From an uncultured Actinomycetes bacterium (GTDB lineage Bacteria; Actinomycetota; UBA4738; HRBIN12), in NCBI GenBank assembly GCA_963821925.1, contig CAWGFO010000012.1, forward strand, positions 4,123-68,122: 64,000 nt of DNA. Reading direction: 5' to 3'. Within the stretch, counting starts at the first letter, position 1. Every line of letters starts with the position of its first letter. The notes beneath the pieces are model-generated. The model worked only from the letters and a program-made list of their open reading frames with translations, ran no database searches and was not told where the DNA came from. The translations under genes were made by a program, and so were the position numbers. This document shows, one piece after another, positions 18,887-26,862 of this stretch.

Positions 18887-19864
18887 ATGACGATGCGCGT
18901 GACCCCCGGCGAGCACGAAGGGCTGGTCGCGGGCGTCGACCTGGGCGGCACGAAGATCCAGACGATCGTGGTCCGCGGCGACGAGATCCTCGGACAGGCG
19001 CGCCTGCCGACGCCGGGGAACGGCGCCGAGCCGATCACGGCCGCCATCATCGAGACCCTCCACGTCGCCCTCGACGCGGCGGGCGCCGACGGGTCGTCCC
19101 TGCGGTCGGTGGGCATCGGCGCCCCCGGCCGCGCGCACGAGGGTGTCGTCTCGAACAGCCCGAACGTCGTCGGCATGAAGGAGCCGTTCCCCCTGGGGCC
19201 ACGGGTCTCACTCGCGTTAGGCGGCGCGCCGGTGCACGTCGACAACGACGTCACGGTCGCGACGTTGGGTGAGCTGGAGCGCGGCGCCGGCCGCCCCTAC
19301 GAGAGCATGCTCGGCGTGTTCGTGGGCACGGGCGTGGGCGGCGGACTGGTCTTCGAGCGCCGCGTCTGGCACGGGCGCGGCGCGGCGGCCGAGATCGGCC
19401 ACGTGACCGTGAAGCCCGACGGGCGCCGGTGTGGATGCGGCGGCCTCGGCCACCTCGAGTCGTACGCCGGCCGGGCGAGCATGCAGGCCAAGGCCGAGCG
19501 GCTGGTCGCCCAGGGCGAGCACACCGTCCTGTTCGACCTGATGGCCAAGCACGGGCGCGACCGGATGACCTCGGGGATCATCGAGCGCGCCCTCAAGCAC
19601 GGGGATCCGATGACCGAGCGCCTGATGGATCAGGCGGTCTGGGCCCTGGGGCTGGCGCTCTCCTCGGCCCAGAACCTGCTCGACGTCGACGCCGTGATCG
19701 TCGGCGGCGGGCTCGCGGAGCGGTTCGGACGATCGTTCGTCGACCGGATCGCCGACCAGATGCAGCCCCTGCTCTTCTCCCCGGACCGCCCGCCCGCGGT
19801 GCTCCCGGCCGAGCTCGGCGACCTCTCCGGGGCGATGGGCGCGATCGTGCTCGCCGGCGGCTGA
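18887..19864 (+). CDS. ROK family sugar kinase (glucokinase-like)
   Basis: GVDLGGTK, DND, GTGVGGG, EIGH...CGCGGLGHLE. Confidence 0.92.
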   Translation: MTMRVTPGEHEGLVAGVDLGGTKIQTIVVRGDEILGQARLPTPGNGAEPITAAIIETLHVALDAAGADGSSLRSVGIGAPGRAHEGVVSNSPNVVGMKEPFPLGPRVSLALGGAPVHVDNDVTVATLGELERGAGRPYESMLGVFVGTGVGGGLVFERRVWHGRGAAAEIGHVTVKPDGRRCGCGGLGHLESYAGRASMQAKAERLVAQGEHTVLFDLMAKHGRDRMTSGIIERALKHGDPMTERLMDQAVWALGLALSSAQNLLDVDAVIVGGGLAERFGRSFVDRIADQMQPLLFSPDRPPAVLPAELGDLSGAMGAIVLAGG

Positions 19865-21007
19865 TCAGCCTTCCTGGACCGCGTCGACCATCGCGAGGAT
19901 GTTCTCGGCCGGCACGTCGTTCATCACCGTGTGGACCGAGCTGACCATGTAGCCGCCGCCCCGCCCGAGGATGTCGATCACGCGCCGGACCTCCGCCCGT
20001 ACCTCGTCGGGGGTCCCGTGCGGCAGGATCCGTTGCGTGTCGATCGCGCCGCAGAAGGTCAGCCGGTCGCCCCACCGGGCTTTCAGCGCCTCGAGGTCGG
20101 ACATCTGCCCCGCCGAGGTCTGGATCGGGTTCAGGATGTCGACCCCGATCTCCACGAAGTCGTCGATCAGGGTGAAGACGTCGCCGTCCGTGTGGAAGAA
20201 GACCTTGGCCGAGGTCCGCTCCCGGATGAACCGGAGGTAGTCGGCGTGGACGGGCTTCAGGATCCGGCGGTACATGTCCGGCGACATCATCGTGCTGTCC
20301 TGCGTGCCGAGGTCGTCGCCGATCTTGATGATGTCGACGTTGTCGCCGAGCGCGTCCAGGAAGTGCCCCATCAGCACCTTGCACCGCTCCTCGATCGTCC
20401 AGAGCAGGGCCTCGGCGAACGCCGGGTAGAAGATCAGGTTCGCCAGGAAGACGTCCATGCCCTGCATCGCGAACGCCCGCTCGAGCGGGAACAGCAGCCA
20501 GGGTGTGGCCATGATCGCGTACCGGTTCTCGGCGGCCAGGCGAGCGGCCTCGTCGGCGACGTGGGCGACCCGGGTCGGATCGTCCATGTCGGGCCAGGGG
20601 TAGTCCTCGAGCTCTTCGACCGTGGTGGCCTCCGCCAGCGGACACACCGCCGGGAACCACTCGTCCGGTCCGATCTGGACGGCGCCCGACCCCCAGGAGT
20701 TGATGTAGTCGGTGCCCGGCGGGCGGGCCGCGTTCCGCTCGAGCACCGCGGCGGGCTCGACGTCGAGGACTCCCCGGACGTCGGTCCCGAGCCGGACCAG
20801 CGTCGCCTCGTCGACCTCGGCCGTCCCCAGCTCCGGCCATCGGTAGAGGTACGCGTCGGGCGCGTCGATGCCGAGCCGCCGCTTCAGCTCGCGGTACGGC
20901 CCCATCTTGATGCCCGTGGCGTTGCTGGGGCCGAGCACGATCGGCACGCGATCGGGCTCCTCGTGCCGCAGCGCCGCCCGCACCCGTTCACGCGGCGTCA
21001 TCGTCAT
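19865..21007 (-). CDS. Uroporphyrinogen decarboxylase family / MtaA-CmuA-like methyltransferase
   Basis: MTPRERV...HEEPDRVP, GDDLGTQ, FFHTDG, LNPIQ, GAIDTQ, GGY...H. Confidence 0.85.
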   Translation of the reverse strand: MTMTPRERVRAALRHEEPDRVPIVLGPSNATGIKMGPYRELKRRLGIDAPDAYLYRWPELGTAEVDEATLVRLGTDVRGVLDVEPAAVLERNAARPPGTDYINSWGSGAVQIGPDEWFPAVCPLAEATTVEELEDYPWPDMDDPTRVAHVADEAARLAAENRYAIMATPWLLFPLERAFAMQGMDVFLANLIFYPAFAEALLWTIEERCKVLMGHFLDALGDNVDIIKIGDDLGTQDSTMMSPDMYRRILKPVHADYLRFIRERTSAKVFFHTDGDVFTLIDDFVEIGVDILNPIQTSAGQMSDLEALKARWGDRLTFCGAIDTQRILPHGTPDEVRAEVRRVIDILGRGGGYMVSSVHTVMNDVPAENILAMVDAVQEG

Positions 21008-21053
21008 ACCTGCCCCCTCCGACACCTCGAGACTAGGGCGTAGGCTCCCGTCC

Positions 21054-21491
21054 ATGCACGTCGCGCAGGTCAACGTCGCGCGGATGGTGGCGCCGCTCGA
21101 CGATCCGCAACTGGCGGGGTTCGTCGCGCGCCTGGACGACATCAACGCGCTGTCCGACACCGCGCCGGGGTTCGTGTGGCGGCTGCAGACCGCCGAGGGC
21201 GACGCCACCGCGATCCGTGCCTACGACGACGACCGCATCCTGTTCAACCTGTCGGTGTGGCGGACCGTCGAGGAGCTCAGGGACTTCGTCTACCGCACCG
21301 CCCACAACGACGTGATGCGCCGGCGCGCCGAGTGGTTCGCGCGCGCCGCCGACCCGTACTACGCGCTCTGGTGGGTCGATGAAGGAGCGATCCCGAGCGT
21401 CGAGGAGGCGAAGGACCGTCTCGAGCGCCTCCGCCGCGACGGCCCGAGCCCGGCCGCGTTCACGTTCCGCCGGATCTACGAACCGGCGTGA
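21054..21491 (+). CDS. DUF3291 domain protein
   Basis: HVAQVN, PGFVWRLQ, NLSVW, ALWWV, GPSPAAFTF. Confidence 0.9.
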   Translation: MHVAQVNVARMVAPLDDPQLAGFVARLDDINALSDTAPGFVWRLQTAEGDATAIRAYDDDRILFNLSVWRTVEELRDFVYRTAHNDVMRRRAEWFARAADPYYALWWVDEGAIPSVEEAKDRLERLRRDGPSPAAFTFRRIYEPA

Positions 21492-21531
21492 CCGTCCGAG
21501 GCGACGAGGTCAAACCCGTGACCGCCCGTTG

Positions 21532-21560
21532 TTGCCATAGCGCGAGGCCTGCGGCACCAT
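21532..21560 (+). promoter_or_regulatory. Housekeeping sigma-like promoter TTGCCA-N17-CACCAT
   Basis: -35 at 21532-21537, 17-nt spacer, CANNNT-type -10 at 21555-21560; predicted start about 21567-21568. Confidence 0.5.
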
Positions 21561-21591
21561 GGCGAGCACGAGAGGAAGGAGGTGGTCCAGC

Positions 21592-21633
21592 TTGCATAGA
21601 CAGCACGAGACCCTCGAGGTGACTGGCTGCTGA
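21592..21633 (+). CDS. Putative 13-aa peptide MHRQHETLEVTGC
   Basis: Perfect SD AAGGAGGTG (21576-21584), 7-nt spacer, TTG start, TGA stop. Confidence 0.4.
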   Translation: MHRQHETLEVTGC

Positions 21634-21783
21634 GCCATCACTCGCGGGCCGAGGCTCACCACCTCGCTCGCTCGCCGGGGTGACCGGCAGAATCCACACC
21701 AGTTCACCGACCTGCGGGTTCCGGCTGGTCCACCGGACGACCTCCTCGGAGGCCGAAGTACCCGTGAGGCGAACACCGCAGCG

Positions 21784-21817
21784 ACGAGCCGGGTCCGGGA
21801 ACGGGCCCGGCTCGTTC
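21784..21817 (+). terminator. Strong hairpin, probable intrinsic (possibly bidirectional) terminator
   Basis: ACGAGCCGGGTCCG-GGAA-CGGGCCCGGCTCGT with a GNRA loop, followed by TTCG. Confidence 0.7.
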
Positions 21818-21854
21818 GCATCTCGTGGCGAGCCGTGCGACGGCCACCGCCTCG

Positions 21855-23003
21855 CTAGCGGATGATCGGCGTCGACGCCACCGCGTGCCCGGTCCGCATC
21901 GCCGGACGGTCGAGTGAGAACAGCTCGAGGTCGTCGCGCGCGACGCCGTCCGCGACGTCGGCCACGAGCGCCCCGAGCGCCGGCCCGAACTTGAAGGCGT
22001 GCCCGGAGCATCCCGCCGCGACGACGATCGGGCCGCGGCGGTCGATCGCGAAGTCGCCGTCGGGCGTCATCGTCCAGGGGTGCCGCTGCGTGAGCGCGAC
22101 GCGCGGCTCGACCGACGGCATCCGCTGGGCGAGCCATGCAAGCACCCGGGCCTCCTCCGCCTCGTCGGGCTCCCATGCCTCGACATCGGGCAGCCATGGC
22201 TCCGTGGAACCGGCGTCGAACGCGATCTTGTAGCCCACGCCCGGCACCGGATGGCCGTACACGCCGACCCCGTCGTCCCGAAGCCAGTCGACGATGCCCG
22301 GGCGACCGACGAGCTGCGGCGCCTCGAGGAACGTCACCTGGGCGACCGCCGGGGCGAGCGGGAGCTCGATGCCTGCGGCCGAGAGCAGCGCGCCCGACCA
22401 CGGTCCCGCCGCGATCACGACGCGGTCGCCGCGGAGGGTCCGGTGGTCGGTGACGACCTCCGCGTGGTCCGGACCGATCTCGAGCGCGAGGCACCGCTCG
22501 GGCATCGCGAGCTCGGCGCCCGCCCCCGTGGCGTCGGCCGCCAGCGCCCGCAACCCGGCGTCGGCGAGCACCGTGCCCCCTTCGGCGTGGAACAGCGCGC
22601 GCTCTCCGTCTCGCGGGACGATCTCGGGGAAGCGACCCTGGATGCCCGCCGGGTCGAGCTCGTCGAACGGGACATCGCCCGCGCTCATCGCGGCGGCGAG
22701 GGCATCGAGCTTCGCCTCGGGCCCCAGGTCGATCTGTCCGCTCTCGACCAGGAGGGTGACGCCCTGCTCCGCCTCGAGGCGGTGCCACCCTTCGAACGCC
22801 TCGCGTGCGAGCCGCACGTACCGCACGTCGTCGTAGGCGACCCGGGTCGAGCGCGACGCGCCGGTCGACGAGGTGACCGGATGGCCGCTCCCCCACCGGT
22901 CGATCCCGACGACGGCCCGGCCGCGTCGCGCGAGCGCCCCGGCCGTCGAGAGCCCCGTCACGCCCAGCCCCACCACGATCACATCGGTGCGTTCGGTCGC
23001 CAT
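21855..23003 (-). CDS. FAD-dependent oxidoreductase, monomeric sarcosine oxidase/SolA family
   Basis: VVGLGVTG, SSTGASRSTR, AAGPW, TPDGDF, GCSGHAFKFGP. Confidence 0.88.
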   Translation of the reverse strand: MATERTDVIVVGLGVTGLSTAGALARRGRAVVGIDRWGSGHPVTSSTGASRSTRVAYDDVRYVRLAREAFEGWHRLEAEQGVTLLVESGQIDLGPEAKLDALAAAMSAGDVPFDELDPAGIQGRFPEIVPRDGERALFHAEGGTVLADAGLRALAADATGAGAELAMPERCLALEIGPDHAEVVTDHRTLRGDRVVIAAGPWSGALLSAAGIELPLAPAVAQVTFLEAPQLVGRPGIVDWLRDDGVGVYGHPVPGVGYKIAFDAGSTEPWLPDVEAWEPDEAEEARVLAWLAQRMPSVEPRVALTQRHPWTMTPDGDFAIDRRGPIVVAAGCSGHAFKFGPALGALVADVADGVARDDLELFSLDRPAMRTGHAVASTPIIR

Positions 23004-23097
23004 CGGCCCAAGCCTCGCAGGTAGCCCCGGTGCTTGTCGGGCAGATCGGTGGGTTTCCGCAGGATCCACGAGGAGGCCGGCCGCGAGACGAGACGGG

Positions 23098-24303
23098 TCA
23101 GCCGCCAGGCACGAGCCCGTAGTCGAGATCCGGATCGCCCGGTGTCCAGGTCCCGTGGAACTGCGAGCGGTCGCCGTTGCGCCGGGCTCGCTCCAGCGCC
23201 GCCCGGCCCACCGCGAGCTGCCGCGCCTCCCACTGCAGGAGTGCCCGTTCGACCTCCATGTCAGAGGACCCGAGGGCATCCGCGAGCGCCCACGCGTCGG
23301 CCGCGGCCTTCGCCGTCCCGGCGGCGATGTGCGGGCGCACCACGAACGCCGCGTCGCCGATCAGGCAGACGCGGCCGAACGCCATCCTCGGCACGTCGAG
23401 GTCGTAGATCGCCTGCGCGAACGGCGCGGCGGCGTGCGCCACCACCTCCGCGATCGGTGGGGCGAGGTACTCGCGGGCGAACGACCGCATCTCGTCGACG
23501 TGGACCGCCCGCACCGCCCCCGGCGGCAGCGACACCTCGCGGCGCACACCGTCGCGGTCGGTCATCAGGTCCTCGAGCTCGGCGCCCTCGTAGTTCCGGT
23601 ACCAGACGAAGTTGAGCAGCCGTTCCCCTGGCTCCGTGGCACCGCCGTGCGCCGGGATCGGGTACAGCAGGATGTGGCTGTCCGCGATCACCTCGTAGAC
23701 GAGCGCGTCGCGGAAGGCGCTGAGCACCCAGGGCGGCAGCTCGGTCTCGGCCACGGTCCCTCGCCACGCCACGTACCCGGCGTAGGCGGGCCGAACCTCG
23801 GGCAGCAACCGCGCCCGGGAACCGGACCCGATCCCGTCGGCGCAGACGACGAGGTCGAACAGGTCGCTCCCGCCGTCCGCGTAGCCGACCTCGACCGTCC
23901 CATCCAGGGCGTCGATCGCCGTGACCTCGCGGCCCACGTGGTAGCGCTCACGTCCCAGGGAATCGAGCAGCGCCCGGTAGATCGTGTGCCACCCCGAGTA
24001 CCGGTAGTGCCGGGGTGCCTCGTAGACGATCGTGCCTTCCGCGTCCAGGTAGCGCAGCACCGTGGTCGAGGTCGTCACCGCATCGAGGCCGAGGTTCGTG
24101 CGCTCGCTCAGGTACCGGGAGGTCTCCGGCAGCACCACGATCCCCGCGCCGCGGGACTCGAGCTCGGCGGTCGAGCGCTCGGCGACCTCGACCTCGCACC
24201 CGAGATCGCGGAGGACGAGCGCCGCGGTCAGCCCGCCCAGCGAGCCGCCGACGATCCCGACGTTCAGGGCTTGCCGAAGACCGCGACGCGTTCGACCTTG
24301 CAC
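23098..24303 (-). CDS. FAD-dependent monooxygenase, 2,6-dihydroxypyridine 3-monooxygenase-like
   Basis: IVGGSLGG, GAGIV, ADGIGS, YAGYVAWRG, LNFVWYRN, IGDAAFVVRPHIAAGTAKA; start uncertain (GTG 24303 or CTG 24267). Confidence 0.85.
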   Translation of the reverse strand: MQGRTRRGLRQALNVGIVGGSLGGLTAALVLRDLGCEVEVAERSTAELESRGAGIVVLPETSRYLSERTNLGLDAVTTSTTVLRYLDAEGTIVYEAPRHYRYSGWHTIYRALLDSLGRERYHVGREVTAIDALDGTVEVGYADGGSDLFDLVVCADGIGSGSRARLLPEVRPAYAGYVAWRGTVAETELPPWVLSAFRDALVYEVIADSHILLYPIPAHGGATEPGERLLNFVWYRNYEGAELEDLMTDRDGVRREVSLPPGAVRAVHVDEMRSFAREYLAPPIAEVVAHAAAPFAQAIYDLDVPRMAFGRVCLIGDAAFVVRPHIAAGTAKAAADAWALADALGSSDMEVERALLQWEARQLAVGRAALERARRNGDRSQFHGTWTPGDPDLDYGLVPGG

Positions 24304-24785
24304 GCGAACATCACCCGGCGTTCTTCCTTCGACGGATCGCGGAGCCCGTAGGGCGGCGGGTTCCCCGTGTACTTCGTCCACGCGGCGTCGATCGTCTCGG
24401 TGGCGAGGTGGCCGTCGACCGGGTCGTCCTCGTGGACCTCGCGGTCGACCGCCGCCCGGATGCTCACCCAGTGGTACGGGTTCGCCGGATTCATCAGGAG
24501 GATCGTCACGTGCGGCTCCCGGCGCACCCACTCGGTCTTCTTGCGATGCTCCGCGAAGTTCAGGATCACGTGATCGCCCTCGTACCCGAACCACACCGGC
24601 GTGAGGTTCGGCCGGCCGTCGCCGCCGATCACCGCGAGGACGGCGGTCACGGGCTCGTCGAGGAGCTGCAGGTACTCGGGATCGAGGTCCGTAAGCGAGT
24701 CGATCTCCTCGCGCCCACCGACCGAGAACTGATCAGGCTGCACGCCCTGCGACACGTCGAGCATCCGTGAGAGACGGAACGGCAT
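24264..24785 (-). CDS. PPOX-class (pyridoxamine 5'-phosphate oxidase family) probable F420-dependent enzyme
   Basis: DGRPNLTPVWF...RKK...PHVT...NPYHWVSIR; AAGGAGG SD. Confidence 0.85.
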   Translation of the reverse strand: MPFRLSRMLDVSQGVQPDQFSVGGREEIDSLTDLDPEYLQLLDEPVTAVLAVIGGDGRPNLTPVWFGYEGDHVILNFAEHRKKTEWVRREPHVTILLMNPANPYHWVSIRAAVDREVHEDDPVDGHLATETIDAAWTKYTGNPPPYGLRDPSKEERRVMFACKVERVAVFGKP

Positions 24786-24886
24786 CGGGTCCTCCTTCGT
24801 GGAGCGGCGCCTGCGGCTCAGGCTCATCGCCTGTGTACCACGGACCCGACCGGGCCGCTCGCGGAGCGCCATCGGGCGCACCGGCC

Positions 24887-25255
24887 CTAGGCGAGGAGCT
24901 CCACCGTGATGAACCGGAGCGGCGAACCCCCGACGTTCTCGAGATCGTGCAGCATCGGGGCGTCCGGCGTGTGCTCCGAGAACAGCGTCTCGCCCCGCTC
25001 GTAGCGACGGATCTTCAGCGTGCCGTCGGGCGCGCGCTGGCGCCCCACGCCCGGATCCACGCAGGTCCAGAAGTACGGGCGCGTGTGCGCGTGGAACGGG
25101 CCGCGGCCGCCGGGCGGCAGGTGCACCTCCCACACCTTGACGCGGTCGTTCTCGTAGAGGAGCGCGGTCCCGACGTCGAGGTTCGTGGGCGCGGCGGCGA
25201 GCTCGTCGGCGTAGTCGGCGACGTCGAACGTGCCTTCCTCGAGGACCTCGGCCAC
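24887..25255 (-). CDS. Cupin domain protein
   Basis: ENDRVKVW, FHAH, HDLENVG...FITVEL. Confidence 0.85.
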   Translation of the reverse strand: MAEVLEEGTFDVADYADELAAAPTNLDVGTALLYENDRVKVWEVHLPPGGRGPFHAHTRPYFWTCVDPGVGRQRAPDGTLKIRRYERGETLFSEHTPDAPMLHDLENVGGSPLRFITVELLA

Positions 25256-25356
25256 GCTCCGACGATAGGCGAGGGCCCCCGAACCCGTCCAGCGAGCCGG
25301 GACTTGACGCGGGTGGTTAGGTGGAGGTGAGAGACGCCTCGGAGAAGGAGGTTGTC

Positions 25357-25545
25357 GTGAAGGCCAACGACCGGCGCCGTGTGTTCCAGGATCCCCCTCC
25401 CCACGTCGAGCCGCGATCGGAGCACATCCCCCTGAATCGGCGGTTCGGGCATCTACCGGGCAGGATCCATCTGCATCGCGGCTACCGATTGCGCGGTCGT
25501 CTGGTCCGGTTCGCGAAGCACCGCCGCAAGAGCACCGCGGGCTGA
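25357..25545 (+). CDS. Small Arg/His-rich hypothetical protein
   Basis: AAGGAGG SD before GTG 25357; no recognisable motif. Confidence 0.4.
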   Translation: MKANDRRRVFQDPPPHVEPRSEHIPLNRRFGHLPGRIHLHRGYRLRGRLVRFAKHRRKSTAG

Positions 25546-25694
25546 CGATCGCCCCTCATAGGATCTCCCGCCGGGGCGGGCCGTCGTGCCGAGCGACGCG
25601 ATCCGTCCCCGCCCTAGGGCTCAAGGGCCCGCGCGCGCGTGTCGACCACAAGGGGTACGAGAAGCATCGGCGGGGAGACGAACGAGGAGCCGCC

Positions 25695-26150
25695 ATGAAG
25701 ATCGACCTGCACCGCGAGCTCTGGTCGCACGACGAATCGTCGGAGGACGAGCTCCTCGACGACCCGATCCGGGTGCTGATCGCCGACGACGACGACCGAA
25801 CCACGACGGTGCTGCGCGACAGCCTCCCGGCGTTCGGGATCGAGGTCGTCGGCAACGCACGCAACGGCGCCGAGGCTGGCGAGAAGGTGGCCGGGCTTCA
25901 CCCCGAGGTCGTCCTGATGGACCTGCGGATGCCCGAGGTCGACGGCATCGAGGCAACCGTGCTGATCAAGGCGCAGGACCCGCGCACCCAGGTCGTGATC
26001 CTCACCGCCTTCTCCGAACGCGACTCGAAGTGGGCCGCCGAGTTCATGGGCGCCGCCGACCTGCTCGAGAAGGACGCCCCCCTCGAGGACCTCGTCGACA
26101 CGCTGCGCCGGGCGGCCCGCGCGTACCGCACCTCGGCGTCCCCGGCCTGA
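25695..26150 (+). CDS. Stand-alone response regulator receiver (NarL-type REC, no output domain)
   Basis: VLIADDD, VVLMDLRMPEVDG, ILTA, LEKD. Confidence 0.9.
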   Translation: MKIDLHRELWSHDESSEDELLDDPIRVLIADDDDRTTTVLRDSLPAFGIEVVGNARNGAEAGEKVAGLHPEVVLMDLRMPEVDGIEATVLIKAQDPRTQVVILTAFSERDSKWAAEFMGAADLLEKDAPLEDLVDTLRRAARAYRTSASPA

Positions 26151-26164
26151 AGACGCCGCCGCGG

Positions 26165-26818
26165 TCAGCGATTCAGGAGCCCCGCCACGACGTTGATCGT
26201 GACCGCGATCACCGCGATCCCGAACACGTACGAGATCAGCGCGTGGCGGAGCGCCGTCGACCGGATCCGTTTCGACGTGAGGTTCGTGTCCGAGACCTGG
26301 TAGGTCATGCCGAGCGTGAAAGCGACGTAAGCGAAGTCCCGGTAGTGCGGGGACTCCTCGCTGTGGAAGTCGATCCCGCCGCCGTCGAGATAGAAGATGT
26401 GGGCGTACCGCAGGACGAACACCGTCTGTACGGCGAGCCAGGACACCACGACCGTGACCACCGCGAGACCCACGGTCAGGGCGCGCGTGTAGCCCGACTC
26501 GTCCGATGCCAGGAGCAGCGCGAAGCCCACGCCCAGGAGGCTCGCCGCACTGGCCGCGACCAACGTCAGGTCCGCTGCCGTGCGCGAATCGTCCTCGCGC
26601 GTGGCGTGCTGCTCGGTCGTGCCGGCGTCCGCCCGGCGCGTCACGGCCCAGACCCACCCACAGAACACGGCCGCGGCCGCGTCCCATCCGAGCAGGCTCG
26701 ACACCTGCCAGGGGCTCACCGTCGCGGCGGCGGCCGCGACCACGAGCCCGACCGCACCGCACACGGCCACACGGGTCAGCGCGGTCACGTGACGGATCGG
26801 GACGCCTTCGGAACGCAC
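26165..26818 (-). CDS. DUF1345 membrane protein
   Basis: YAHIFY, DFAYVAFTLGMTYQVSDT, IRSTALRHALISY. Confidence 0.9.
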   Translation of the reverse strand: MRSEGVPIRHVTALTRVAVCGAVGLVVAAAAATVSPWQVSSLLGWDAAAAVFCGWVWAVTRRADAGTTEQHATREDDSRTAADLTLVAASAASLLGVGFALLLASDESGYTRALTVGLAVVTVVVSWLAVQTVFVLRYAHIFYLDGGGIDFHSEESPHYRDFAYVAFTLGMTYQVSDTNLTSKRIRSTALRHALISYVFGIAVIAVTINVVAGLLNR

Positions 26819-26862
26819 GCGACTACCCTAGAGCCCTCGCCGGCCGTACGAGAGGAGACGGC

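Larger units (their letters stand above)
21561..21817 (+). ncRNA. Candidate structured RNA of about 250 nt (family not assigned) containing a sORF
   Basis: 360-bp gap between convergent genes with its own promoter, several helices (21611-21648, 21679-21708, 21711-21769 three-way junction) and a terminator. Confidence 0.6.

Noticed and set aside
21561-21817. tmRNA, SRP RNA, RNase P or a cis-acting riboswitch
   Set aside because: No tRNA-like ends or T-loop, no SRP or RNase P signature. Both neighbouring genes point towards the element, so it has no downstream gene to regulate in cis.
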